Positions 43,767 through 53,966 of a stretch of DNA of 64,000 nucleotides are shown piece by piece. Within the stretch, counting starts at the first letter, position 1; the number at the start of each line of letters is the position of its first letter. The DNA comes from an uncultured Nitrososphaerales archaeon (GTDB taxonomy: Archaea > Thermoproteota > Nitrososphaeria > Nitrososphaerales > Gagatemarchaeaceae): assembly GCA_963706445.1 (NCBI GenBank), contig OY970160.1, forward strand, positions 160,001 to 224,000. Reading direction: 5' to 3'. A program made the position numbers and the translations under genes. A model generated the notes under the pieces. It searched no databases. It worked only from the letters and a program-made list of their open reading frames with translations, and had not been told where the DNA came from.

Positions 43767-45362
43767 ATGCCAAAGAAATCCGCTCCGAAGCACCCTGTCC
43801 GAAAGATCACTTACACGACCCTATTCGCAGATGAAAGCCTGAACCCGAAGTTCGAGAAAGCGCTGAAGAAGTTCCAGCCTAGTCTGGGGCGGAGCTACCC
43901 GATGTACATCGGAGGGAAGGAGGTCAGGTCCGTCGCCGGAGAGTTCGAGCACAGGAGCCCCATCGACACTTCGATCGTGGTAGCCAAGTTCCCTTCCGGG
44001 TCCCGCGAGCACGCCAAGCAGGCAATCGCTGCAGCCAAGGACGGCTTCGAGGTCTGGAGCGCGAAGACATGGCAGGAGAGGGTGAAGGTGCTGGACAGAT
44101 ACACGGAGCTCCTCGACGAAAGGAAGTTCGATATCGCTGTGGCGATCACATACGAGGTCGGAAAGAACAGGCTCGAGGCCATTGCCGAATGCTGGGAGGC
44201 CATCGACGCCGTCAGATACTACTCCGGGGTCATGCGGAAGGAGAAGGGGTACACCACGAAGATGGGCCCGGGGGGACCGGGGGAGCACAACGTAGACGTC
44301 TGCAAACCCTTCGGCGTCTGGCCCGTCATATCGCCGTTCAACTTCCCCTTCATGCTCGCCAACGGGATGGCGTCCGGCGCCCTTGTCACAGGCAACTCGG
44401 TCATCCTGAAGCCGACGAGCGAGGCCCCTCTGACAGGATCGATGCTCTACCACCTGTACGTGGACGCCGGGGTCCCACCAGGCGCAGTGAACTTCGTGAC
44501 AGGGCCCGGGGGGAACTTCGAGGACGAGTTCGTGACCAACCCGGACGTCGCAGGGATCGCGTTCACGGGGTCGAGGGACGTCGGCATGCGGTTGTTCCGG
44601 AGGTTCCATAGCGAGCAGCCCTACCCCAAGCCGATACTCCTGGAGATGGGGAGCAAGAACCCAACCATCGTCACGGCCAAGGCAGACATCCCGAAGGCGG
44701 TCGAAGGGACCGTCCGCGCGGCCTTCGGTTACGGGGGCCAGAAGTGCAGCGCCACCTCAAGGGTCTACGTGGAAAAGGCGATCAGAGACAAGTTCGTCGC
44801 CGCACTCAGGGAGCGGGTGGAGAAGCTCACGGTGGGGGACCCGAGGGACGCCGGGACCTTCATGGGGCCCATCATCAACGAGAAGGCTGTCCAGACATTC
44901 CAGTCGGCTGTCTCTGACGCGAAGCAGTCCGGAGCGGAGCTCTTCGCGGGAGGGACCGTGCTGAAGCAGGGGCCGATGAAGAACGGGTACTACGTGGCTC
45001 CGACTATCGTGGCGGGGCTCCCAGAGGACCACCGGCTGGTCAAGCAGGAGCTCTTCGTCCCTTTCGTCGTCGTGAACGAAGTCGACGATGTCGAGGACGC
45101 CCTGGCCAGGGCAAACGCAACGGACTATGGGCTCACGGCGGGGATCTTCTCGAAGGACAAGAAGGAGATCAAGGATTTCTTCGACGGCATCAAGTATGGC
45201 GTGACCTATGCCAACAGGAGCGGAGGCTCGACCACGGGCGCGTGGCCCGGGGCCCAATCCTTTACGGGGTGGAAGGCAAGCGGGGTGACAGGAAGAGGGG
45301 TCGGGAGCCCGTACTACCTGCTGAACTTCCTGAGAGACCAGTCACAGACGAACGTAACCTAG
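43767..45362 (+). CDS. Aldehyde dehydrogenase, P5C dehydrogenase (RocA)-like
   Basis: SPFNFP, FTGS, LEMGSKN, GQKCSA, ELFVP. Confidence 0.88.
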   Translation: MPKKSAPKHPVRKITYTTLFADESLNPKFEKALKKFQPSLGRSYPMYIGGKEVRSVAGEFEHRSPIDTSIVVAKFPSGSREHAKQAIAAAKDGFEVWSAKTWQERVKVLDRYTELLDERKFDIAVAITYEVGKNRLEAIAECWEAIDAVRYYSGVMRKEKGYTTKMGPGGPGEHNVDVCKPFGVWPVISPFNFPFMLANGMASGALVTGNSVILKPTSEAPLTGSMLYHLYVDAGVPPGAVNFVTGPGGNFEDEFVTNPDVAGIAFTGSRDVGMRLFRRFHSEQPYPKPILLEMGSKNPTIVTAKADIPKAVEGTVRAAFGYGGQKCSATSRVYVEKAIRDKFVAALRERVEKLTVGDPRDAGTFMGPIINEKAVQTFQSAVSDAKQSGAELFAGGTVLKQGPMKNGYYVAPTIVAGLPEDHRLVKQELFVPFVVVNEVDDVEDALARANATDYGLTAGIFSKDKKEIKDFFDGIKYGVTYANRSGGSTTGAWPGAQSFTGWKASGVTGRGVGSPYYLLNFLRDQSQTNVT

Positions 45363-45366
45363 GGGA

Positions 45367-45762
45367 CTACTTCAGAGGGACGTACAGGCTGGAACGGCTC
45401 GAGCCGATCCCCGGAGTCCCGTGGACCACCTTCTTGTTGGTGATCACATACTCACCGAGGTACCTACCTATCATCTCGGGCTTGACCTCGAGGGGGACGA
45501 ACTCCCTCCCGTTGTGGACGCCGATGGTCAGCCCAACCATGGTGGGCAGGATTATCATGTCCCTGGCGTGGGTCTTAATCTCCCCTTCCTTCTTCCCGTC
45601 CTTTATCGCCCTCGCGTCCTCGAGGAGTTTCCGCTTCTCCTCCGACACTCCCCGGTTGAGGGACCGCCTGGCCCTGGAAGGAAGCAGCTCGAGCAGGGCT
45701 TCAGTGGACATCGCGTTCAGCTCGTCCAGAGTCTTCCCTCGGTATCTGAACTCCTTCGGCAT
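45367..45762 (-). CDS. rps19p: 30S ribosomal protein S19 (uS19)
   Basis: [28 protein letters not shown]. Confidence 0.96.
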   Translation of the reverse strand: MPKEFRYRGKTLDELNAMSTEALLELLPSRARRSLNRGVSEEKRKLLEDARAIKDGKKEGEIKTHARDMIILPTMVGLTIGVHNGREFVPLEVKPEMIGRYLGEYVITNKKVVHGTPGIGSSRSSLYVPLK

Positions 45763-46503
45763 CTAAGAGACCTCCGCGCTCGTCCTGGCCAATCTCTTTC
45801 TTCCGGTCTTCCTCGGCGCTATTAATCCTACCTTCCTCCCTGGAGGCGCGTTCCTAGAAGTGCTGGTCGACTTGCCCGGGTGCTGATGCCTGCCTCCCCC
45901 GAATGGGTGGTACACGACAGCCATCGCTATTCCCCTCATCCTCGGGTAGACCCTCCCCGCCGCTCTCATTGCATGGTGCCTCGCCCCTGCGGTCAGGAAG
46001 GGCTTCTCCTTCCTTCCGCCTCCGGCGACCTCGCCGACCGTCGCCAAGCACCTATCCTTGATTAGTATGTTCTTGCCCGATGGGAGCCTGATTATGGCCC
46101 TCCCATTCGCCTTCGAGAAGAGCACCGCAGACGTCCCCGAGGCCCTTACCAGCCTCCCGCCGTCCCCGGGCCTGAGCTCTATGTTGCTCACCCTGGTCCC
46201 CTCCGGCATCGCCGACAAGGGAAGCACGTTTCCTGCCAACACCCTGGCGGTGGTCCCCATGGACACCTGCTGCCCCACAGACATCCCCGCTGTGGCTGGG
46301 ACGTAGGAATACCTGTCTCCTTCCATCCTGAGCTGAGCCAGCGGGGCGCTCCTCCCTCTCTCGTCGAGGATGGCCGTCACAGTCGCGGACCCTTCGGACC
46401 CAGTGAACCTCGGATACCTTACCGGGGCTACCTTTCCCCTTGTGCGCGCCCTGAACTGGATCCCTGCCTTTCCCCTTCTTCTCTGAAGAATTCTCTTGCC
46501 CAT
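45763..46503 (-). CDS. rpl2p: 50S ribosomal protein L2 (uL2)
   Basis: MGKRILQRRRG, HPFGGG, PPGRKVG. Confidence 0.96.
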   Translation of the reverse strand: MGKRILQRRRGKAGIQFRARTRGKVAPVRYPRFTGSEGSATVTAILDERGRSAPLAQLRMEGDRYSYVPATAGMSVGQQVSMGTTARVLAGNVLPLSAMPEGTRVSNIELRPGDGGRLVRASGTSAVLFSKANGRAIIRLPSGKNILIKDRCLATVGEVAGGGRKEKPFLTAGARHHAMRAAGRVYPRMRGIAMAVVYHPFGGGRHQHPGKSTSTSRNAPPGRKVGLIAPRKTGRKRLARTSAEVS

Positions 46504-46506
46504 CGC

Positions 46507-46773
46507 CTACACCAACCCCAACCTCGTCGCCAAATCCGCTGCCTTTCCTGCTTCCTCAAGCCTCACGAAAGCCTTCTTCCCTTTTATCGTCCTCGAGGTG
46601 TTCACGGTGTCGACCTTGACTTCGTAGAGCGCCTGAACGGCGCTGGCTATCTGGGTCTTAGAGACCTTGTCGTCCACAAGGAAGCAGAGCTTGTTCTCCC
46701 TCTCAATCTGGTCGAAGGTCCTCTCGGTGACATACGGGCGCTTCAGTATCTTCTGGGCGTCTTCGAGCCGCAT
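46507..46773 (-). CDS. rpl23: 50S ribosomal protein L23 (uL23)
   Basis: PYVTE, ENKL, KKAFVRL. Confidence 0.94.
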   Translation of the reverse strand: MRLEDAQKILKRPYVTERTFDQIERENKLCFLVDDKVSKTQIASAVQALYEVKVDTVNTSRTIKGKKAFVRLEEAGKAADLATRLGLV

Positions 46774-47568
46774 CTAGGACGCTACCTCCTTGGTCCTTCC
46801 ATCGAGCGCGCTCAGCGCAGATGCAGTCCAAAGGGTCAGCCTCCCAGGCACGCCTCCCGGCGCGAGGTCCAGCACGCTGACGTCTTCCACGCGGGTCACC
46901 TCGACCCCGGGGATGCCGCCTGCCGCCTTCCCCACCCCCCTGTCACTTGTCACAACAATCAACGGCCCCACTCCGCTCCTGTACACCCTCCCCCTGAGCC
47001 TCCTCTTCCCTGAATTCCTCTTGGTCCTCTCGTCCACCCTCTGCAGCTCGGCCTTCAGGTCGACCTTCTCCAGAAACGAGACGAGCTCCGACGTCTTCTC
47101 GACGGTCTCGATGTCGTCGGCCACCACCATTGGGAGCGCCGGCTTCCTCACCCTGTGCCCGCGGGCTTTCACGGCGTCGAGATTCGCGGTAAACGCTATG
47201 GCTGAATCGGTTGCGAGCCTCCTTTCCTTTTTGTTCACGCCCAGATAGATGACCTTCTCGGACCTTGGCGGGTGCGGCAGTCTCCCCTTCACGACGCTCG
47301 CGACCCCTCCCGCAAGGCCGCCTCTCGAGTACCTCTCCCCCTTGACCCTGGGTATCCTCGACTTTCCGGTTCCCGTCGGCGGGCTGTGCGTCTCTGCGGT
47401 CGTCCTCTCTCCTGCCATCGGGTCCCTCCCCTTCGGCTGGAACCCATGAGAGCCGACCAGCCAGAAGACACGTTTGACCAGATCCGGCCTGAGCTCGGTC
47501 TCAAAAACATCGGGGACGTCGACCTGTCCCGCGGGTTTCCCGTTCAGACCGACAACCTCTGCCTTCAT
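46774..47568 (-). CDS. rpl4p: 50S ribosomal protein L4 (uL4)
   Basis: RPDLVKR, SRIPRVKG, LAPGGVPGRL. Confidence 0.95.
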   Translation of the reverse strand: MKAEVVGLNGKPAGQVDVPDVFETELRPDLVKRVFWLVGSHGFQPKGRDPMAGERTTAETHSPPTGTGKSRIPRVKGERYSRGGLAGGVASVVKGRLPHPPRSEKVIYLGVNKKERRLATDSAIAFTANLDAVKARGHRVRKPALPMVVADDIETVEKTSELVSFLEKVDLKAELQRVDERTKRNSGKRRLRGRVYRSGVGPLIVVTSDRGVGKAAGGIPGVEVTRVEDVSVLDLAPGGVPGRLTLWTASALSALDGRTKEVAS

Positions 47569-48521
47569 GCCGCGCGCTTCCTCTCTATGGTGCTGACTTC
47601 GACAACCTGCGGCGGCGCCTGGCTCCTCGTGAACCCTCTCACCCTCATCCTTACCAGAACGAATCTCCTCGCCGGCCCGGGGACTGAGCCGCCGACGACG
47701 GCGTACTCCCCTCCCACATTGCCGAAGTGCCCGAACCCTCCTGGCGGGGTGACCGGGTTGGCCGAAGCATTGCCGACCAGAAGTATCCTCTTCCCTGTCT
47801 CAGTCCTCTGATGGAATCCCATCTGGCCTGCCCTGGCGACGGTGTACATGACTGCCGCCGGGTGCCACGGCCCTATGACCGCCACCTGCCTCACGGTCTT
47901 CCTAGACTTGTGCTGCTTCCTCTTCACTCCGAACCTTGTGATCGGTCCCTCGATTCCCTTCCCCTTCGTTATCCCAAGGACGTCCACGTACATCCCTGGC
48001 TTGAAAGTGTCAGTGAACTTGACCTTCTTGCCGATGAGCCCTAGGATGAATTCCGCCTGTGCCTTCACGTCCCCTCCAGATACCCCCACCTCTACTACGA
48101 TTGGTTTCTTCTGCGACAGCCCGACGTCTCGGGGGATCGACGAAACAACTGCCACCACCCTCGCCGTCTTGTCCAGAGGGAGCTTCTCCGTGGTCTGACC
48201 CGGCTGTTTGACGTCCGCCAGGGCCCTGTCTGCGCCGTTCTCGTGGCCATAGAGCCTGAGCCCTACGACTTGGGTGTCTGGAACCGTCAGGACGCTCGAC
48301 AGGTTGAACAGAGGCTTCCCGAAGTTCGGGGTCTTCGCCCTGTCGTCAACAGTGATGACGTGGGCCGTCCCAGCCTTGTAGCCGGGGAATCCGAGGAGAA
48401 TCGGCTTTTCAGCTTCTACCTTGGGCCAGGTCCTTATGCGTGGGACGAAGCTTTTGGCTCGTGCTCTGGGCCTATATGCAAGACTACCTCTACGGGGCGC
48501 AGAATACTTTCTATGACCCAA
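47565..48521 (-). CDS. rpl3: 50S ribosomal protein L3 (uL3)
   Basis: APRRGSL, GYKAG, TKGKG, AGQMGFHQRTE. Confidence 0.96.
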   Translation of the reverse strand: MGHRKYSAPRRGSLAYRPRARAKSFVPRIRTWPKVEAEKPILLGFPGYKAGTAHVITVDDRAKTPNFGKPLFNLSSVLTVPDTQVVGLRLYGHENGADRALADVKQPGQTTEKLPLDKTARVVAVVSSIPRDVGLSQKKPIVVEVGVSGGDVKAQAEFILGLIGKKVKFTDTFKPGMYVDVLGITKGKGIEGPITRFGVKRKQHKSRKTVRQVAVIGPWHPAAVMYTVARAGQMGFHQRTETGKRILLVGNASANPVTPPGGFGHFGNVGGEYAVVGGSVPGPARRFVLVRMRVRGFTRSQAPPQVVEVSTIERKRAA

Positions 48522-48563
48522 TTCACGCTAAACCTTTCCGATGGCCCGTTTTGCGGTTCGCAC

Positions 48564-49388
48564 TTAAGCTTTATCGGCTGAAAGGAGGCTCACAATTCCC
48601 AATCCGACGAGAATCGCCTCCTCGGACCTGACTGTCTCAACCTGCTGCCCAGGGAAAAGGTTCACCACGTAATCCACCCTGCTTGCGAGGTCTCTGCCGA
48701 CGATTTCGAAGAGCCCCCTCGAGGGTGAGCCAAACATCAGATTGACACTCTGCGCCCTCCGGAGGGTCGGTCCCAGTTCTTTGACCACGTCAATCACTGG
48801 GGTCCCTTTCTTCGAGGTGGCGACTCTGAGCTCGAACCTTACGTCGGTGATGACATCTTGCATTGATTTCGTCTCCACAGCATAGCCCCAGTAACCACCA
48901 GTCTCATCTTTCCGTATCCGCTTCGCAATTGGGGGCCTGATCGACGAGAGCCTCACGGTGACTCTTTCGCCAGACTTCGCCCTCTCCGTGAGCTTCGGTG
49001 CCACATCCAGCCCTATGTCCACTGTCCCATCCCCATTGGCAACACCGTCTCTTACCTCGCCGATCTGGAGACTAGGGAATGGGACCCTTGGCTTGTGCGA
49101 AGGGATCCTAAGCGGAGGTAGCATCCCGGCGTACTTCAACGTCTCATCCAGAGGGTAGAGACGCTTTCGCAGATACTGGGGCGTTTCCAGATATTCGAGG
49201 ACCCTTCGAATGGCCTGCCCCTCGCTTCGGCCCATCGGGTCCTTGAAGATCTCGATGAAATCCACGCCATAGATGGCGCATGCTCTCGCGATGAGCCCCA
49301 GCTTTGCCGTCTTGTCCCGGAGAGAATCCTTGTCTTCCAAGACTGTGTCGGGGAGGGACACGGCGAGCCTCTTGCCGAAGATCGTCAC
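48564..49388 (-). CDS. SPOUT-family RNA methyltransferase (DUF171/MTH1-like)
   Basis: YLETPQYLRK, YWGY, FGSPSRG, TVRSEEA; upstream of L3. Confidence 0.88.
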   Translation of the reverse strand: MTIFGKRLAVSLPDTVLEDKDSLRDKTAKLGLIARACAIYGVDFIEIFKDPMGRSEGQAIRRVLEYLETPQYLRKRLYPLDETLKYAGMLPPLRIPSHKPRVPFPSLQIGEVRDGVANGDGTVDIGLDVAPKLTERAKSGERVTVRLSSIRPPIAKRIRKDETGGYWGYAVETKSMQDVITDVRFELRVATSKKGTPVIDVVKELGPTLRRAQSVNLMFGSPSRGLFEIVGRDLASRVDYVVNLFPGQQVETVRSEEAILVGLGIVSLLSADKA

Positions 49389-49482
49389 GGGTACGCGGCT
49401 GGAAGCGCGTTAATTCAGCTTTGTCCCGGCCATGGTTGCAAAGTGGAAAATAGATGAACGTCCCCTTGTCGGGGTTGGACTA

Positions 49483-50790
49483 ATGGCAGACGGTGAGAAA
49501 AAGCCGAGAAGTACCAACTGGATCTTTTCCGTCTTCCCCGTCTCCATAGCCACCGGCCCCCTAGGGACCATGGTGCAGCTTTACCTGATCCAGATCAACG
49601 GCCAGGCACTGGGGACCATCTACGGGAGCCTCGCCGCGGCCATCTACAACGGTATCAGCATACCCGCAGCTCTGTTCTGGGGTTTCGCCACCGACAGGCT
49701 CCACAAGCGCAAGTCCCTGATAGGCCTCAGCTATGCTCTCATGGCCGTCGCGCTGGTCTCCTACTATTTCGATCAGACTACAGCCGGGACCATCGGGAGG
49801 TACGGAATAATCTCGTTCGTGTCGGTGGCCTCGGCGACCCCGCTCAACCTGCTAATCATGGAGACCGAGAAGAAAGGGCGGTGGGCGAATGCCTTCGCGA
49901 AGCTTTCAATGATGTCGAGCGTAGGCAACGTGGCCGGCCTCCTGATCGGCGTTGTCTGGACGAACTACCTTCCTGACGCCATCGTCCTGCTTTTCCTGCC
50001 CATGGGAGCCTTCTCCGTCGCCTCCTCGGCTCTCGCCCTATGGCTGATCAAGGAGCCAGAATTCGTCCTCGAGAGAGAGACCGTGGCCATGAGGAAGCCG
50101 AGCCTGATCAGCAGGCTCCGCGCGAATCCTGTATTCTTCATCGGCATTCCAACGGCAACCGACTTCAAGCGTACTTTCCGTGGCCTCCGTTCCGGTTTCA
50201 ACAGCTACGTCCCTCTGTTCTACATCTCGACCATCATTTTCTACGTCTCGAGCGGGCTCTTCAACACCTCATTCGTGCCGGCGATGCACTTCTTCTCGAT
50301 GCCCGACCAGGAGGTCTTCGCCGTGATCCTAGCAGGCGTGGTCGTGCAGACGGTCGCCTTCCAGAGGGCCGGGAACTTCGTCAGCAATCGCAGCCTTGTC
50401 ACCTCGTCCGTCCAGGGTCTTTTGCTCAGAGGCTGGTCATACCTGGGTATCGGGGCTGCTGCCCTGTTAGTCTCCGGGCCCCTCTTCGCAATCTCAGCCC
50501 TGCTGTTCTATCCACTGGCAGGAGGGATCGCCTACGCCATCTACTACACGTCGTCAAACACGATGATGTTCAACACCGTCAAGAGCAAGTCTGCGGGCTC
50601 TGCCCTCGGCGTCTATTCGGCGGTGGTTGGAATAGCAGCCATGGCTGGCTCCCTCGTGTCGGGCTTCATCTCAGTCTACCTCGGCTACTACACGACCTTT
50701 GTCCTCTCCGGCGTTCTGCTCTTCGCCGCCGTCGGTGTCGTCTCGCGCCTCCCCAGGGCCGCGACCAACGAGGAAGGGACCCATCAGTAA
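49483..50790 (+). CDS. MFS transporter
   Basis: WGFATDRLHKRK motif A; ~12 TM segments. Confidence 0.85.
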   Translation: MADGEKKPRSTNWIFSVFPVSIATGPLGTMVQLYLIQINGQALGTIYGSLAAAIYNGISIPAALFWGFATDRLHKRKSLIGLSYALMAVALVSYYFDQTTAGTIGRYGIISFVSVASATPLNLLIMETEKKGRWANAFAKLSMMSSVGNVAGLLIGVVWTNYLPDAIVLLFLPMGAFSVASSALALWLIKEPEFVLERETVAMRKPSLISRLRANPVFFIGIPTATDFKRTFRGLRSGFNSYVPLFYISTIIFYVSSGLFNTSFVPAMHFFSMPDQEVFAVILAGVVVQTVAFQRAGNFVSNRSLVTSSVQGLLLRGWSYLGIGAAALLVSGPLFAISALLFYPLAGGIAYAIYYTSSNTMMFNTVKSKSAGSALGVYSAVVGIAAMAGSLVSGFISVYLGYYTTFVLSGVLLFAAVGVVSRLPRAATNEEGTHQ

Positions 50791-50800
50791 ACGGACGGGA

Positions 50801-51685
50801 CTACCCGCTCCGGTCTTGGGGGGGCTTTAGGAGGCTCCCAGAGTTGATCTTCTCCCACCTGAAGCGAACGTAGACCAACCTGACGAAAAGGTAGAACCCA
50901 AACGCCTCGGCTGTAATGTAGAAGCTCACGGGGTAGGGCGTGTAGAAGGAGAGGAACAATCCTAACCAGGTCGCGATCAGCGCTATGATTACAGAGGCGA
51001 CAATCGCCCTCGAGGGTCTGCTCGCAAGATACTGCGCCGTGGCACCGGGGGTGACCATCAGGGAGAATACCAGGAGGACCCCCGTCACCTGGACGGCGAA
51101 AGACACCGCCACCGCTACTATGATCATGAACGCCATTCCCAACGCGAGCATGGGCATTCCCCTGGCCTCCGCTACGTCCTCGTCGAGTGACGAAAAGAGC
51201 AGGGGTCTGTAGATCAGGCCCATCCCTACAAGTATCGCGGCCGATGCAGCCAGCGTCTCCAGCACCTGGTCGTAGCTCACCCCGAGGATCTCCCCGAAGA
51301 GGATCGAATAGGTCTGGGTCGCGTAGCCGCTGTACAGGCTGATGAAGAGCAGGCCCAGGCCCAACGAGAACGCGAGCACTATTCCGATCTGTGTGTCCCG
51401 GTTAGTCGCCCGACGGCCCAAGAGAGCGATTCCCAGGCCTCCCAGGTTGGATCCCAGCAGCAGGCCAACCAAAGGAGGGATGCCTGTCAGGACGGCCCAG
51501 GCCGCCCCGGCGAACCCGATTTCAGAAAATGCGTGGGCGGTGAATGCCGAGCGCCGGAGCACCACGAAGTATCCTGTCACCCCAGCTACGATCGCCGTCA
51601 GGGTCCCTGCCTCGATTCCGTTCCGCATGAACTGGTACTGCCAGATCTGCTGCAGGTCGGCCAAGATGTTGAGAGAGATGCTCAA
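50801..51685 (-). CDS. Zn/Mn ABC transporter permease (ZnuB-like)
   Basis: VVLRRSAFTAHAFSE, ILFGEILG, SLDEDVAEARG. Confidence 0.9.
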   Translation of the reverse strand: MSISLNILADLQQIWQYQFMRNGIEAGTLTAIVAGVTGYFVVLRRSAFTAHAFSEIGFAGAAWAVLTGIPPLVGLLLGSNLGGLGIALLGRRATNRDTQIGIVLAFSLGLGLLFISLYSGYATQTYSILFGEILGVSYDQVLETLAASAAILVGMGLIYRPLLFSSLDEDVAEARGMPMLALGMAFMIIVAVAVSFAVQVTGVLLVFSLMVTPGATAQYLASRPSRAIVASVIIALIATWLGLFLSFYTPYPVSFYITAEAFGFYLFVRLVYVRFRWEKINSGSLLKPPQDRSG

Positions 51686-52506
51686 GTTATGTCACCATGG
51701 TGTTCCTCGACACCTATGATTGCCACGTTCCCATGCGGGTCCCTTAGCACCTCGACCTGGACACCGTACAGCCGGGTCAGGCTCTCCGAAGTAAGGACCT
51801 CGCTTGGCTTCCCTGTCGCCACCTTTCCGTTGGCAACGTACATCACCTTGTTCAGGTGGGGCAGAAGCGGATTGATGTTGTGGGCGATGAGCATAGCCGT
51901 CACCCCCCTCGACCGGACCACGCCGTTGACAAGATGCAGAAGCTCGGTCTCGCGTTTGATGTCCAGGTTCGAAAGAGGCTCGTCGAGCAGGAGCATCTCG
52001 GGGTTGCTCACAAGCGCCTCGGCGAGGAAGATCCTCTGCAGCTCCCCGCCAGAAAGTGCCCCCAGCCTGCGGTGGGCCAGCTCAGCCGCTCCAGACGCTT
52101 CGAGGGCCTTCCATGCCGACTCCCGGTCGGAGTGGGCGACAGGATTGAACCCCCACCGGGTCCCTGACAGCCCGAGCCTGACGAGCTCCAGACATTCGAC
52201 GTTTGTCTCAATGTCGATGGTGTGCCTTTGGGGGACGTACCCGATGTGGGGGTTTCCCCGACGGGGGGGCGCACCGAATATGCTCACAGACCCAGACATG
52301 GGGTGCTGGAGGCCGAGCAGGACCCTGAACAACGTCGTCTTCCCGGCGCCGTTGGGCCCCAACACGGCAACGAACTCCCCCTGTCCGAAGGAGAAGCTGG
52401 CTCCGCTCCAGATGGCCCTGCCTTCGTAACCGGCAGAAAGGTCCTCAGCGGTTATCAGCGTGGACTTCGCATCGACCGTGACCGAACCTGCGATTGGTTT
52501 GGCCAT
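51682..52506 (-). CDS. Zn/Mn ABC transporter ATPase (ZnuC-like)
   Basis: GPNGAGKT, GYVPQ, LSGGELQR, LLDEP. Confidence 0.92.
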   Translation of the reverse strand: MAKPIAGSVTVDAKSTLITAEDLSAGYEGRAIWSGASFSFGQGEFVAVLGPNGAGKTTLFRVLLGLQHPMSGSVSIFGAPPRRGNPHIGYVPQRHTIDIETNVECLELVRLGLSGTRWGFNPVAHSDRESAWKALEASGAAELAHRRLGALSGGELQRIFLAEALVSNPEMLLLDEPLSNLDIKRETELLHLVNGVVRSRGVTAMLIAHNINPLLPHLNKVMYVANGKVATGKPSEVLTSESLTRLYGVQVEVLRDPHGNVAIIGVEEHHGDIT

Positions 52507-52510
52507 TAGT

Positions 52511-53455
52511 TCACTGGCCCAAGGCTGCTGCACTGAGGGCGTCCTGAAGTTCCCCTATCTCTCCTTGCATCCAGGCTTGGAATGTGTAGTTAGAGGGCTG
52601 AATCGTCTCGGAGATTCTGATGTACGGTATCTCGTTCTTCGCGGCTAGGGCCAATAGGCTCTGTGTCAGCGGGGTCACGGTCTGCTCGTTGTACACAAGA
52701 ACCCTGACCGTCTGGTTCCCCTGGTTCAGCTGATTCTGGAAGGTGGCGACGTCCTGGGCAGACGGGTCGTTCCCTTCGGCCACGGCTTCCATGAAGCTCG
52801 GAGCGGTGATTATGTTGAGGCCCGTTGCGTTGGCCATGTAGACGAATATGCTCTCGGTGGAAGCCACGGGGGTGCCGGCGAACTGCTGCTTGATGATCAG
52901 CTCCTGCTTCATGTAGGAAGTCCACAAAGACGAGTTCAGGCTTGCGTACTGCTGGGTGTAGTATGAGGAGTCTGCGGGGTCTGCCGTGACCAGATCTTTG
53001 TACATCGCACGGACCGTGTCATTGACGAAGTAGGGGCTGTACCAGAAGTGCGGGTTGGCGTCGACCGGCTGCCCCAGGAGCAGCTGCACGTTCAGGACGA
53101 TCTGGTGAGGTGTGTTCGACGCCGCGATCTCGTTCAGGGCCCAGGTGTCGTAGCCGGCGCCGTTGACTATGACCAGGCACGCGTTCGCGATGGCCCTGGC
53201 GTCCGCGGCGTTGCTTTCGTATTCGTGCGGGTCGGTGTTGGGGTCTGTCACAATGCTCGTCACGTTGACATGGCTCCCCCCGATCTGGGAGACGAGGCTC
53301 CCCCAGAAGTTCTCTCCGGCCACCACTTGGAGCACACCACCGGTGGTGGAGCAGGAGGAGGTCGGGGAAGAGGTCAGGTCCACGGCCGCATAGACTCCCC
53401 CCACCGCTACGAGGGCTAGGATGACAACAGCAATGATCACTTTCAGAGTCCGCAT
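52511..53455 (-). CDS. Metal ABC substrate-binding protein (TroA/ZnuA cluster)
   Basis: N-terminal TM anchor, DPHEYE, NGAGYD, NPHFW. Confidence 0.92.
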   Translation of the reverse strand: MRTLKVIIAVVILALVAVGGVYAAVDLTSSPTSSCSTTGGVLQVVAGENFWGSLVSQIGGSHVNVTSIVTDPNTDPHEYESNAADARAIANACLVIVNGAGYDTWALNEIAASNTPHQIVLNVQLLLGQPVDANPHFWYSPYFVNDTVRAMYKDLVTADPADSSYYTQQYASLNSSLWTSYMKQELIIKQQFAGTPVASTESIFVYMANATGLNIITAPSFMEAVAEGNDPSAQDVATFQNQLNQGNQTVRVLVYNEQTVTPLTQSLLALAAKNEIPYIRISETIQPSNYTFQAWMQGEIGELQDALSAAALGQ

Positions 53456-53474
53456 GGGGCTCTCGCGTGTGGGT

Positions 53475-53512
53475 TGTTTATTAGGACTGCTATTAGAGTT
53501 TAATAATAAACA
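53475..53512. promoter_or_regulatory. Candidate NikR-type dyad operator
   Basis: TGTTTATTA-N20-TAATAAACA inverted repeat in the divergent intergenic region. Confidence 0.6.
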
Positions 53513-53551
53513 TGAAAACGTATTTATCAGGTTAATAACCCGCAGGAGGCC

Positions 53552-53935
53552 ATGCCAATAGTAAGCCTCTCGCTCCCTGAACAGATGGTGAAGTCCATGG
53601 ATGAGATCCAGGACTCCGTCGGATTTTCAGGCAGGTCGGAGTTGGTCAGGGCTGCCATTCGGCTCCTGGTGGAGGACACAAAGGAGAAGAACGAAATGAA
53701 CGGCAAGATGAACGCCGTGGTCGTGGTAGGCCACGCGAGCGCCGACGAGGACCCTGTCACGAAGCTCAAGCACAGCTACGGGGACATCGTGCGCACCCAT
53801 GTCCACTGCAAGGTCTCCCGGGAAGACTGCATAGAGGTCTTCGTCCTCGCAGGAGAGGGGAAGGAGATAGCTGCGATGGCGAAAGGGTTCGAGCGGGAGC
53901 GCAAGGTAAAGACTGTCAAGCTCCTCCGCGTCTAG
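53552..53935 (+). CDS. nikR: NikR-family RHH metal-responsive regulator
   Basis: IVSLSLP…GRSELVRAAIR RHH domain; KLKH…THVH…DC metal ligands. Confidence 0.82.
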   Translation: MPIVSLSLPEQMVKSMDEIQDSVGFSGRSELVRAAIRLLVEDTKEKNEMNGKMNAVVVVGHASADEDPVTKLKHSYGDIVRTHVHCKVSREDCIEVFVLAGEGKEIAAMAKGFERERKVKTVKLLRV

Positions 53936-53966
53936 GCCCAGAGCGTAAACTCCCCTTCGATGAAAG

